Shown here: positions 14,234-27,347 of the stretch, one piece after another
How positions within the stretch are numbered: position 1 is the first letter of the stretch
Layout of the letters: each line of letters starts with the position of its first letter
Source of the DNA: Adineta vaga
Lineage: Eukaryota > Animalia > Rotifera
Assembly (NCBI GenBank): GCA_021613535.1
Contig: CP075496.1
Coordinates: 9,672,001-9,736,000 of the forward strand
Direction: 5' to 3'
Length of the DNA: 64,000 bases
Program-made: the position numbers and the translations under genes
Notes under the pieces: generated by a model
Told to the model about the DNA's origin: nothing
What the model saw: only the letters and a program-made list of their open reading frames with translations
The model's database searches: none

Positions 14234-14720
14234 TTTTTTTTAATGTTTCTCTCACTTATATAAACGGTCAAATGATTAGATGAGAAGAAGAGCAAGAAAC
14301 ACAGAAAAGGGTCGGGCCGATGATCAAAAGAAATATGATATCTATATAAAAGCGAAAAGAAGAAGATCATATAGTCACTATGAATAGATTGATAACATAT
14401 CTAAAAGGCTATTTTCATCTTTACTTCACACTCGAAATAATTGAAGATGAAAGTCCACTGTCGAGTGTCGAGTAAGAAGAGTCAAAGAGTTAGATAAATA
14501 AAAAAAAAACGTTCGAGTTTTTAAAATATTTTACTTTCCAATCAAGATATCATAGTCGCATATCTTATAGGTGTTCTAAATTTATTTAAAAGTTGTGAGT
14601 CATATAAATGCATATGCATTGTATCGCCTTTTATTTTTACTTGAGAATAGTCATGAATATTAGAATTTATCTACAGGAACTATCGATATGAACAGATGAA
14701 CAAGTAAATAAATTTGTTTG

Positions 14721-14925
14721 AACTAATCTACATGTTATTGATGGATGTCAGTATTTATGTATTTTGTGGTTTTGTTTTCACAATCTTTTTGATATTTAGA
14801 CAGATCATACTGTAATTCGAAATATATGTTTGTTCAGTGGATGTATTTCAATTTGTCTTAGTCGTTATACAAAATTTACTGGTATCAAAAGGATTTCGTG
14901 CTGGAGCGAAGACAATGTTTTCATG
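14721..14925 (+). pseudogene. decayed 3' fragment of a paralogue of the neighbouring GPCR
   Basis: Nucleotide similarity to 16587-16830 (ttcgaaatatatgtttgttcagtg is identical), with a 40-nt internal deletion and indels. Confidence 0.75.
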
Positions 14926-15870
14926 TCGATGAAGAACGTATCAATAAAACTCACTATAATGTATAGACATTGTGATCTCGTATATTATTTACATAAATAT
15001 TGAGTAGAGGTATGAACGGTCTGTTTTTGTTGAAGATCAATGGATCAGATGCCACAGCAAAATAGTGAAGTGGATGACTATATTATCGAAAGTTATTTTG
15101 TCTTTCGAAATGAAGTATAATTTTACTCGGACGAGGATGAGAATTCAAATTGAATTTATTATTAAGAATTTTTTTCTTTCGATGAATTTTCTGATAACAA
15201 AAGCATGATTTTGTCTCGTCTTTTTTTAGTTTGAATTCAGAATTACATAGAAAAGGCCTTGTTAATTAACATATTTTTGCCTAAAGATCATGCACAAAGG
15301 ACACCTTTTTTCTAAATACAATTAGATTTATAATTTTATCTGTCAGTAAAGAAAAATATGGTGTAGACAATTCCAGAAAGTATGTTTTGATTAAGATCTA
15401 CGGATAAGCAAAAATTCAAGAAGAATGGGTCGTTTTCTCGAAGGCAGTTCACGAGATTTTGCACTTTTTTTTAATCAGAATAAAGTACAGTAGAATGTGA
15501 GAGGAATTTGATAGTATATAATTAAATGATAGAAGCGAGTAACCATTATTGATATTCTTCACATCAACGTAATATATATTCAAAGTTTTTCTTCAACGGT
15601 ATTTGTTTCAATTGCACTTGATTTCCTATATCAGTAGAGAAAAGAATATATCTATGCGATCTGAATTTAGGAGAATTAAGGTAGAGATAAGTGCACAGTT
15701 CATTAAACGCATATTGTGTTTACAATGATTTACTATGTAACTATGTTACGAGTCTGTTACTGTTTTTAAAAAACGGATATGTAAAAGCGATGAAATGTCT
15801 ATATATAATGGACTATTATGAAAACGGTTCGTTTTTATTTTCTTATTCTTATTTGAAATTCAAGATTATT

Positions 15871-16854
15871 ATGTCGTCACCTTCGTCCAACATAATCATC
15901 ACTCTCAAATTAGTCGAGAAATATCTCTATCAAATTGGTTCACTTGTTCTCATTACTATTGGTATTCTTGGTTCCATCATCAACCTACTCGTCTTCACTG
16001 AAAAGAATCTTCGCAAAAATCCATGTTCCATCTATTTCATTGCCCACAATCTTGTCAATTTCTTCTACATTTGTTCATCTTTGATACCTCTTACATTAGG
16101 ATTAGGTTACAAAGCCGATATTACTGTTTACTATATTGGCATTTGTCGTCTTCGTCTCTATGCTGTCACATTATTCAATTGTTTGAGTTCATTCTATCTC
16201 ATTCTAGCATCGATCGATCGTATTCTCATCACATCGCGTAATGCTATCACACGACAGAAAAGTACATGTCATCGTGCATATATTTTTATTGTAGTTGGAA
16301 CACTATTTTGGTCATTGTTTCATATTCATGCATTGATCCTATCAACGATTAGTCAAATTGCACCGAATACATATTTATGCTATTTTCAACAAGGTGCTCA
16401 TCTAATTTTCATGGGATACTATTCGATCAGTGAAGAAATAGGAGCACTTGTGCTACTAACAATCTGTGGATTATGGTCGATCAGAAATATACGAGTATCT
16501 CATCGAGTAGCACCTGTTGAGAGTTTCTCTGCTACTAGAAGTATTGTGGGACAGAATTTACATTCAAGTACTGCAAAAGATCGTCAACTAATCCATATGT
16601 TACTGACTGATATCAGTATTTATGCATTGTTTAGTATAGTTTTCGCAGTATTTTTGATGTATCAACAGATCACACAAAATCAAGTAAAAAGTGGTGAACA
16701 AACAACGATTGAAACTGTGATTCGAAATATATGTTTGTTCAGTGCAGGTATTCCAATATGTCTTAGTTGTTATACAAATTTATTGGTGTCAAAAACATTC
16801 CGAAGTGAAGCAAAGAAAATGTTTTTGTGCAAGAAACTTTCCTCTAAGAATTAG
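15871..16854 (+). CDS. rhodopsin-like 7TM GPCR (divergent, intronless)
   Basis: Seven hydrophobic segments, GSIIN, NPCSIYF, LASIDR (DRY-like) and SKTFRSE helix 8. Likely start is MSSPSS at 15871. Confidence 0.85.
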   Translation: MSSPSSNIIITLKLVEKYLYQIGSLVLITIGILGSIINLLVFTEKNLRKNPCSIYFIAHNLVNFFYICSSLIPLTLGLGYKADITVYYIGICRLRLYAVTLFNCLSSFYLILASIDRILITSRNAITRQKSTCHRAYIFIVVGTLFWSLFHIHALILSTISQIAPNTYLCYFQQGAHLIFMGYYSISEEIGALVLLTICGLWSIRNIRVSHRVAPVESFSATRSIVGQNLHSSTAKDRQLIHMLLTDISIYALFSIVFAVFLMYQQITQNQVKSGEQTTIETVIRNICLFSAGIPICLSCYTNLLVSKTFRSEAKKMFLCKKLSSKN

Positions 16855-17264
16855 AAGTGAGCATGACATTTTAAATTTCTGATGACACGTTTCCTACTGT
16901 CGATTAAACTGGCGGTCTATCATTACTATTGAATAAGCTTTTATGGTTATTACCTTCTATATCCATGATGAGTAACAATATGTTATTGTTATGTCGTAGT
17001 TTTTTCTTCTATTTTATTGGTCTAATTTGTGTATATGCTACTTTGTGATTCATTTTATTCAAAATAAAAAGAAGGGACTTACAAGAAAAATCTAAATAAA
17101 TGCTTTGATGTAAGTACTGTTGCGAAATTACATGTTTTTTCTTCTCTCTCGGTGTGTCGCCGCACGAATAAGTAAAATAAATGTAATTTCATCCTTCATA
17201 ATACAAAGTATATAAAAACGAAGACAATCCGCATATCAATCGAAAAGAAAATCATTGAGAAATA

Positions 17265-18127
17265 ATGGCTCAACTTGAAAGACAACTTATCGATGGTGAA
17301 CGCATTAGTGTAGTTCCAAATTTTTTATCGGTAATCCAATGTCAAGAACTAATTGAACAAGCAGAAGCATCTGGTTTTAAAACAAGTCCACCTTCGGGTA
17401 AATTTTTACACAAAAATAATTCATACCAACTTTTTTTTTACTCAATTAATCGTTAGGTGGTGGTCATGGCCGTACACATCGTGAAGATGCTCGAAATAAC
17501 GAATATACTGTTATTACAGATCAAGAAATTGCCGATAAATTATTTCGACGAATTTCACCACTGCTTCCTCAAACATTAGAATGGATGACAGATAACGCAT
17601 ATTTTACTAAAGGTGTTGGTGGTCGTGAATGGACAATTGCTGGTTGTGTTGATCGTTTACGTTTTTATAAATATCATAAAAATGAAGAATATCCTGAACA
17701 TATGGATGGTAGTTATAGTCGTACGATTACATATAATGATCCATCAAAAGGATCTTATAAGCAACATTCATTTTTGACTTTATTAATTTATTTAAATGAT
17801 GATTTTCAAGGTGGTGAAACAAAATTCTTTCCTGATAAACAACATTGTCGATTTCTTCGTGATATTGAAAATAAACAAGCTGTGCATACTATTGAACCTA
17901 AACAGGGAATGGCTTTAGTCAATATTCATAATATTCTTCATGAAGGATCAAAAGTCCAATCTGGTGTTAAATATGTTTTACGCACAGATATTCTATATCA
18001 AAAACCATTAGAATCACATCCAAAACTTGAAAAATATTCTCAAAATAAGAATGAAAATCATGCTAAAGTAACTGTTAGTGAATGGGAAAAACATTTTGAA
18101 CCATCATGTAAAATGTATCACGATTAA
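17265..18127 (+). CDS. prolyl-4-hydroxylase-like 2OG-Fe(II) dioxygenase, 2 exons
   Basis: RLRFYKY, HMD (HxD), LTLLIYLNDDFQGGET, distal His in ILHEG, KYVLRTD. Intron 17398-17456 is in phase. Confidence 0.85.
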
Positions 18128-18383
18128 ATATTCGTTAATAAAAATACAATAAATTCACGTTTTGCTGTTTTATACGTCTCTTCGAAAAATAAGTAAAATC
18201 GATCATTTGTATTGTCTGTTGAACTATGAACTATTCTGAAATTCCTCTATCTAATCATTGTTTATTTAAAAGAAAAAGAAAAAGAAAGGAAAACTCATAC
18301 TATACAGAGTCGATACTAAATACGTGATATAACAATGAAAAAAGAATCGTTCAGTATATGCAAATATATTTCCAAGATAAAAA

Positions 18384-20817
18384 TTATTTCATTTCTGTTA
18401 AACGTTGTTTTTGCATTTCAATTTGTTGACGGATATCTTTTGGTAAATCGTCTCCTAATTGCTCATCAAGCCATTTTGATGTTTCTTCAATATCATTCAT
18501 CCAATATTCTTTTGGTAAACTCATAAGTTTATCCCAATCGACAACTAAACCTTGAAGATTAATTGAATCTTTCTTTGGTATAAATCCGACTGGTGATGCT
18601 TCAGCAATATCTTCACCATTCGTTCGACGAATAATCCAATCAAGTACACGAATATTTTCACCTGAAGATAAGAGATAAAAGTAAATATGACAAACTTTAT
18701 CTGGCAAAAAGAGATTATTACCGAAACCTGGCCAAAGAAATTTATTATTTTCATCCAAACGAAACCAATTGACATGGAATATTTTTGGTAACTAAATCAG
18801 TTAACAATGAGAGACATTCAATTCCTGTCAATAATTTCACTTACTTTATTCTTTGGTTCTTTTTCAAAATCTAACCAATGTTGAATATAATGACCAAAAT
18901 TATAACCAACAAATGGGCTAAATAGAAATCGTTTTGTTCAAAAAAAAATTCGAAATTTATTCGTTGAAAATCTCACCGCATTGCAAATGGATCATGCATA
19001 ATCTGTTTTCCTGTATGTTCAGCAGCTGCTGTTGTTTCGGATTTTAATTGTGAAGCAAGAAAAACACCATGTTTCCAATCAAATGATTCAATAACTAATG
19101 GGACACCTTCAGGTCGTCGTCCACCAAAAATAATAGCCGAAATTGGTACACCATCCGGATGTTCCCATTTATCATGTATAATTGGACATTGTCGTGCTGG
19201 ACAACAAAATCTTGCATTTGGATGACTAGATTTTTTTGTTTTATCTTCACCTAATTTATATGTTTCACCTGTCCAAGAAATAATTTCTGTACCAGGTGGT
19301 GTTTCATCTTCTAGACCCTCCCAATAAAATCCACCATCAGCTGTTTCACCAACATTAGTAAAAATGGAATTTTTCATACATGTTAACATTGCATTTGGAT
19401 TTGTTTTCATATTTGTACCACTAGAGATAAATCAAATGCAAAAATACATTATCAAAAGATTTCTTTGTATTTTAACTCACGGTGCAACACCAAAGAAACC
19501 AGCTTCAGGGTTAATTGCTCGTAATTCTCCTGTTTTTTTATCAAATCTCATCCAAGCAATATCATCACCAACAACACGAACAGTATAACCTGGAAGTGTT
19601 GGTGTAATCATTGCTAAATTCGTCTTTCCACAAGCTGATGGAAAAGCTGCAGCAACAAATTTTTCTTCACCTGTGGGATTGGTTATTGACATAATTAACA
19701 TATGTTCAGCCATCCCTTTATTTTAATCGAAGAAAATGAAAATAACTTTCTTTAAACGAAATATTCAAATACTTACATCCTTCATCATATGCAATACGAC
19801 CAGCAATACGTAAAGCAAAACATTTTTTACCAAGTAAACTATTACCACCATAACCTGAACCATAACTAATAACTTTTCGAATGTCTGGAAAATGAACGAT
19901 CTAAGAAAATACAAATAAATGGTTATGTATTGATATTAATTCAATAGATGATAAATTTACTAATGTTTTTTCTGGATTACATGGCCAATTATTGATAACT
20001 TTTTGTGCATGTGGACGAGGACAACCTAGAATTAAAATGAGAAGTTCATGTTTAATATAAAATTTATTGACATATCTTACCCATTGAATGAAGACATTTA
20101 ACAAATTCTTCGCCATGTTTAAGATGTTTCCATATTTCTGATGATACTCGTGTCATGACTCTCATTGAAAGTAAAACATAATTGGAATCAGTAACTTGTA
20201 TACCGATTTTACTCAATGGTGAACCAATAGGTCCCATACTAAATGGAATTATATACATCATGCGTCCAGCCATGCATCCTGGAAGACGATCATCAAGTTC
20301 TTTTTTCATATCTTCAGGTGACATCCATAGACCAAGGGCACATTTCACACCATCGCGTGAATGTGGAATAGAAGCATATTTATCATCAGTAACAATATAT
20401 GTTTTTGATTCCACACGTGCAACATCCTATTAAATTACAAGGTCAAAATAATAAATAAAATTTCAATTTCTTCATTTTATTACTCGTGGATCAGTCCAGC
20501 AAATGTAATTGTTTTCATATTTTGTTAATTTTGTCAAAGTACCACGTTCAAGAAGCTTCAATGTTACCATTTCAGCTTCTTCATCCGATCCATCGCATAT
20601 GTAAACACCACGAGGAGTACATAATTGTACCTAAAAGAATATTACAATCAATTGTCGTCGTTATTATTTATAAATATTTTAACTTTACCATTTGAGCAAT
20701 CCATTTTTGTGCTTGAACTGGAAGCGATTGAAAATCACCTTTAGTTATTGGTATGTCACCAATTTTTTGAATAGTAACATAATGAACTTCAACGAAAGGA
20801 ACATTGATATCTTCCAT
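18384..20817 (-). CDS. PCK: phosphoenolpyruvate carboxykinase (GTP), ~10 exons
   Basis: [64 protein letters not shown]. Nine short GT-AG introns join the track ORFs. Confidence 0.95.
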
Positions 20818-21409
20818 CGGTTTTTAATTTAATCTAAAGAGAAAAAAATGGTTTTTATGGGTGTGTTTCTTATCAGTTTTCTCTTTCTGCTCGTTAGATG
20901 AGGTTACTGCGTATGACTTACATTTGATTGCAGTTTGCTTGAAGAACAGAAAAGAAAAGAAAAATATAGACATATATATAGACGCACATACGTCGTAAAT
21001 AATAGAAGGTGAATGTACCGAACGTGTATGTATAGGCCTTACATAGTGAAAAAAAAAGAAATCTATCGTCAATTTTATTTCGAGAAAAATCGAGAATAGA
21101 ACAACATACAGGTCATGACGAATTCGATCATAAAAATTGGACTAAAAGTCCAATGATAAAAAAAACAAATATCTTATGATGTATTCAGCGACACACACAT
21201 CCCTCGATCTCCAATCGAGAAAAATCATTGAAGAAAGAAGCAGTTACTGACTGGTTCATTCAATTCGATCGACGACGGAGGAAAAAGATGATAACATATG
21301 GAGAATTAAATGATGGACGCACATATATTTATAAAAAGTATTATTTTAACCTTCATTGGAATTTCGTCAAACAGATGTTCGTTTTGTTGATGACTTGGTA
21401 TTTTCACTT

Positions 21410-22440
21410 GGTTTAACGTCAACATAAATATATTTAATAACGACTGTTGCTTTCTTTTCCTCTTTTTTCTATCCACTGTGTCAATATAAAACACATATTT
21501 CAGTACATCCATCGTCACAAAAAACAATGCAAAACATATCCAAATAATCGGAGAAATTAACTTGTTCATTTTTGATCGTTCTGAAATGCACTGATAACGA
21601 TTACCAAAATAACTTTCACTCCAACATGAACATGAATAACTCAGTAGAGATGATTGACAAAGTCGATGATCGAATTAACATTATAATCCATTGAAAAAGA
21701 TATATCGTATGATGAAGACAAAAGCTAAAGCGCAGAATTGAACACATTTACCGTTGTTTTTCACATTCTCAATCACTCTTTCCATGATGAAAACGAAGGT
21801 TTTCCAAAAACATGTAGCAGTCTTTCTATATTTCTAATTCATACGATATATCAGAACTTATAGATGTGTACATTTTTATATGCACTAGACTAAACTATGA
21901 ACATTTGAGACGAATGCATCTGAACATCCAGCTATATAACAGAAATCGGTCGGTCCTGTTTTTATCACACGATGAGCATAATATTCCACGAGGTTTATCT
22001 GACATATTAAGTGTATTTCTAGGTGAGCCATTACCAGCAACGACCATGGTCATGTTTGGAGAACGATTCAAATGTCTTTTGACGACTTGATGATAGTCTC
22101 CAAGAGAACAGTAGAGATCATCATTGATATAGATCTCAGTGGTACTATTTGTTGCATTCAATGATTATTTATTGACCCAACGGTTGTCATCTCCATTATC
22201 AATATAAACATCACGTGAATCATTGATACCACCCGAGATGTATCTGATGGGAATAATATTTTCTTCGAACCAAATCGAGGCAAGATTTAAAGATCTTGTT
22301 TAGCGACATAGACAGTATTATTAACATCGACCAACACTTTACCAATATATTGTCCAAGCAAAGCTTTGTCTGCAAAGGTAATGGCATTGAGATTCCATGT
22401 TACCGATGCTCACAATCGTGGTTGATTTATCAACTGACCT
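21410..22440 (-). pseudogene. decayed NHL-repeat/EGF/transmembrane protein gene
   Basis: Fragments NQPRL*ASVTWNLNAITFAD, DLYCSLGDYHQVVKRHLNRSPNMTMVVAGNGS...DKPRGI (NHL), SYSCSCWSESYFGNR (EGF) and FALFFVTMDVLKYVFYIDTVDRKKRKRK (TM plus basic tail), broken by stops, frameshifts and deletions. Confidence 0.65.
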
Positions 22441-23852
22441 ATGCAGTGAATACGAATAATTGTTATAAAACTATAATGAGTTGTTAGAAAGAAGATTATG
22501 AATCATATCTGAACTGATACATGAGAACATATAGATTGGTATGTAATATGTACACTGCGTTAAAGAATTTCATTGACTCATATACATGATGGAATACAAT
22601 TATTAACTCTATGTTTCTTATAAGGATATTTAAACAGAAAACATTTTCGTCTGAATAGATCATGATTTATAATTATTCAATTCAAAGACAGCATCTGAAA
22701 TTATCAATTAGCAGAATGATCATCAACACATACGTATCAATCCGTTGTAGTCATTTTTCTTTTAACTATTCTTTTACTAACTATATCGCACTATTAAAAT
22801 GATTGAGGTGCTGATTTTTACTGAGTGCCAATATAAATGTGGAAAGTTCTGTTTCATAGAGAACTCTCTTAAGTTAATATTAGATCTATTTGATAAATAA
22901 GAATCAATGGATGTTGTTTTGTTCGACTGATTCGTCAAAAGAAGATCGTAAATTGAGTCAACTTCAACGATGATCTGACAAAACAATTTTTATTATCATC
23001 GTCGTTATATTACTGGAATACTTACCTTCGTCAGCGAAAGCGAATTCAATTATTTTCCTTGTACACGATTGTTATCCAATCAAACAAAATTAAACAAAAG
23101 GAAAACAAAGGAGCTGATAGAAGGTGCTTTGACAGGTAATACAAAGAAGTGAGTATTTCAGTCTTTTACAAGAAACCAATGGACAACGTTTTACTCTGCT
23201 TATGATAGCATGATCAAGTGCTGATTGATTAGCTAGCTGTTCTTCAATTTCTTTCCATCATGAGTTTTCAACTCATGCCCAGTTCAAATGATCTCAGTCT
23301 AAAACTCAAAAGCACTGATTGATACACTGATTGTGAACATCGACGAATCCAGTAAATACACTACCACTTGGAGAAATGGATCCACCAATGTTGTATGTTA
23401 TTGATATTGATATTTATTTTTTAAATATTTGAATTTTGTAAATATTTATAGCAGTATATGATTTAATGATAGAGATTATATACTTAGCCTTATGCATCAT
23501 CGATAAATCACGGGTGAAAACACAAAGTTTGAATAGAAAATTACGCAGTAATACTCAAAAAAAAGTTTGTTTATGTCACTATACCTAGATTAAAAAAAAA
23601 CGTTTATTTTCAACATATATTTCATTGATAGCATTCACGCTTATTAGATGTTTAAAAATAGCATAGTCGTATCAATATTGAGTATTTCATTTCTCTTTGA
23701 TATAAGTATGAATTTTTTCGCTCTTGAAGATATTTATTAATGTTACTAATGTTTTGTTCGAGAAAAGAATCTTACATATTATGAAAAATGAATTTCAGAA
23801 ACTTAATTGTTATTAATATTAGAAAGTTTGAAACGAACAATGAATTTTTCAA

Positions 23853-24760
23853 CTAATATACAGAATTAAAGTAAAATAGTAGCAATATAATAGCGATATG
23901 AATCATCATTGAGTAATTGATCGCTACAGACTGATTATTTCTTTTTCTTATTTCACAAAGATTACCTTTCCAACTTTGTGTACATATACAATTGAATGCC
24001 GTATTGGACACTCCAATGCAAGTACCTGTAAACAAAAACAAAAAACATTTTCATTTATTTTTTTGATAATAATGAACATGATTACCATTATTCAAACAAG
24101 TAGTTGATTTACAACTTCGATCATAGATTTCGCAATTTTTACCACCATAACTAGATGGGCATGAACAAGTATAGGAAGTTTTTGTTTTATGACAAGTACC
24201 ATTATTTAAACATGGCTTTTGCATATCACATAAATCACTAGAAATATTGCAATGAACACCAATATACGATGAATTTGAACAATTTGGTGGAACAAAGAAT
24301 TGTGAACGTTCATCTTGTCGTAATGAATGGATTGAGAAGAGAGGTGATTTAATCGTTTCTCGCAATGAATCTGCTTGACCTTATAATTCAAAATGAATAA
24401 TATTTTCACAGTTTTTCTTGATTTCATCACATAACTATCATTTCACTCCTAAACAATAAACTGCCAGTTTTCATAGCGATAGAGTCTAATTTTTAAATGA
24501 CTATATTATCAAAATTGTATCGATTTGTATAATCAGTTCTCAATTTAATAAATAGAAATGAATTATTGATCTCTTGGATTATCGCAAAATGCAATAGATA
24601 CATCTCATAGTATACAATACACAAGTTTCAATCGTAATAAATTGATGTAGTCTTATAGAGGAGGTAACTCTCTAGGAAAACTATGTAGATCATTACCTGA
24701 TATGCGAACGACAATCGGAAAAACAATCGTCAAAATAACAAGACAATAATGGAATTCCAT
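23853..24760 (-). CDS. small EGF-repeat cell-surface protein with signal peptide and hydrophobic C-terminus (3 exons)
   Basis: Exon 1 24760-24697 encodes MEFHYCLVILTIVFPIVVRIS. Exons 24379-24086 and 24025-23853 are in phase. EGF motifs CLNNGTC...CSCPSSYGGKNCE and CICTQSWKGNLCE. Confidence 0.8.
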
Positions 24761-25665
24761 TCTAATAACTGTGTTATCTAGTTCAAAGAAATCAGCAGAA
24801 AACGTTCTATTATTCTTACGAGAAAAACAAAAAATCTACAGCTCTTTTTATACTTCTGCATCATCAGGTAGGTGTCATACGGATTTCACAAAATTTAATT
24901 TAATTTTTTTAATCTATCTAGAAGAATCAATGACAGTATCTGTTTTCTAGTAACCTGATCCAAAACTCGTTTGCATTGTTCAATATTAGCTATATACAAA
25001 TATTCAACAAAACATGTTTAGTTGTTATTCAATCCAGTTCTCAATCCTCTTCAAAATCTTTTATTAGACAATCATACAAGTATATAATTCTGTTTTTCAT
25101 AGAAATCGAAAGAACATTTTTCACTCCGTGCGCGATAAAGATGCATTGTTCGACAGCCTTTTCTTGAATTGTTTAATGATATGCATCCAGAGTAATTAAT
25201 ATAATACGATCAATTGTGAATAGATTTTCTAGGTGTTTATCAACAGTTTGAATTAATTAATTGAATTATATGTTATGATTTCTTCGCGTGGTACATCTTG
25301 TGTTTGTGTAGATCATTTTGACTATTTTTATAGAATAAAATAGACAACCAATCTAATTAATTCGGCGAAAGGAAAACTAAAACAAATTATCTAACAAACT
25401 GAAGTATTTCATTCCAGCTGGCTTTCTATTTAAGAAGCACTTATATTCTACTTATAACAAACAGCATTCATTATTTTGTTTACAAAAGTTCAGAGTCACT
25501 AGAAAAATATAAAAATTCGTTCAGTTTTTCACAGTATTATCATTCTTATTTTTAATTAAAAATATGAAGAACCTAAAACGTTCTAGATCATTTTGATGGA
25601 TTCTGTTCCGTCGTTGTTTTCTGTATATTCATCTATATGATTACAGTTTTTTTTGTCAATTTATC

Positions 25666-26643
25666 ATGTATTCACGAGTTATTCAAACAATGAAATCTAA
25701 TTCTTCTGAAACTATCGATGAACTGGATGGTTATTATTTGGATGTAATCATTCCAGAACGAGTTCGAATTATCTTATTATTAGGATTTGACATTCCTTCT
25801 ATAATATGTTACCTTTTAGTCCTTAGTTGTATACTTATGAAAAGATCGCTTCGTTCAGCATCAAATAATTATGCCATATTATTTATGTTGTTTAATTCCT
25901 TTCTAATAGTTTGTACAGATATTCCATGGTTAATTTATTATTATCAACAGCATATGATTGCTATTCAATCACCAATATTTTGTTTAATTTGGTGGTTTGT
26001 TGATGTATGTTGTTTATATACGAGTCAAATTTTAGCAGCATGGATTTCTTTTGAACGACATATTCTTATTTTTCATAGTTGGATATTAAATAAAAAATGG
26101 AGAAAGATTTGTTTTCATTATTTAACACCTATTTTACTTCTGATTTATTCATATGGTTTCTATATTTATGTTATCTTTCTTATGCCATGTGAAGATCGAT
26201 TTAACTTGTCCGGAAATTCATGTAGTATTCCATGTTATTTTACTAATATGACATTAGGTTTATATGAAACGGTAGTACATGGTATATTTACAACAATATG
26301 TATCGTTGTGTTTAGTGGTGGACTTGTTTTTCGAATTCACCGATCAAAAATGCGTCTTCAACAGTCAATAAATTGGAGAAAATATCACAAGATGTTTTGT
26401 CAATTAGTATCGATTTCTTTACTTTATCTTTCAACTAATTTTCCACTCTGTATTACTTATATTTTCTACTATGCTAGTTATTCAAATTGGACAGAAGTAC
26501 TTTTTAAATGTTTGGGATTTTTGAATTACTTTATTTCTCTTCTTTTACCATTCGTCTGCTTAGCATCTCTACCAGAAATTTGGAATGATTTAAAAAGACT
26601 TATACATCGTCGAAGAAATCGACAGATTCAATCTATAATTTAA
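25666..26643 (+). CDS. rhodopsin-like 7TM GPCR (intronless)
   Basis: Seven TM segments, AWISFERH (ERY-like), LLPFVCL. Confidence 0.85.
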   Translation: MYSRVIQTMKSNSSETIDELDGYYLDVIIPERVRIILLLGFDIPSIICYLLVLSCILMKRSLRSASNNYAILFMLFNSFLIVCTDIPWLIYYYQQHMIAIQSPIFCLIWWFVDVCCLYTSQILAAWISFERHILIFHSWILNKKWRKICFHYLTPILLLIYSYGFYIYVIFLMPCEDRFNLSGNSCSIPCYFTNMTLGLYETVVHGIFTTICIVVFSGGLVFRIHRSKMRLQQSINWRKYHKMFCQLVSISLLYLSTNFPLCITYIFYYASYSNWTEVLFKCLGFLNYFISLLLPFVCLASLPEIWNDLKRLIHRRRNRQIQSII

Positions 26644-27347
26644 TGGATGAATCGGAAAGAAATTGACTATGTATAGTAACTTTTCTTTTAAATATTTAAC
26701 TCATCTCAGATGAATTCTTCACAGGCTATATCTTGAAATGTAGTTTATCGGAATAGGTTTTACACAAAATATGTGTTTTCGATTAGTCTGAAGCATTTCT
26801 ATATAGTAGCTAAAGTATTTGTCTTAGTGGTCGTTGAAATATTTGTTCTTCTAATAGTAGTAGTATAGTGGTTGTCATATTTAGATCATAATGTGAACAA
26901 TTGATGCCTTTTCTAGGCTTACAACATGGACGAAATCCAGTTGTTAACTTGTATTCGATGTTTCATTCGATATTCTACAGATTTAACTCAGACGTTTCAT
27001 ACATCTCTTATCTCATCAGAACTTTTCTAATGCTTGTTTTATATTTCTACAGAAAAGTCAGACAAAAAACTATGATTATAATCCATTATCTGCATGATGT
27101 AATTATATTGCCAGCCGAAAGATTTCTCATCGACAAAGAAATTGTTATAAATGTTTTTATTTTCATCAGAACGAAATAAATACGTCTGGTAGAGCGTAGA
27201 TACCAGCATATACTTCAAATATTTAGCTATCAGTTACTTTTTCTCTTTCGAATTTTACTTTCAAAAAAAAAAGAATTCGTTCGTGATAAAATCACTGTCA
27301 ACTATATATGTTTTGTTCTGTAGAAAGAATCAATATCATTCATTTTT

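Noticed and set aside
15691-15870. N-terminal extension of the GPCR ORF from a GTG start
   Set aside because: Non-ATG start under a bacterial-style ORF caller. MSSPSS at 15871 fits the family length. The same applies to the extensions at 40211, 42539 and 59409.
22700-23400. Coding-like minus-strand fragments (NIGGSISPSGSVFTGFVD; IEEQLANQSALDHAIISRVKR)
   Set aside because: Interrupted by stops and no family recognised. Possibly an old remnant, but unsupported.
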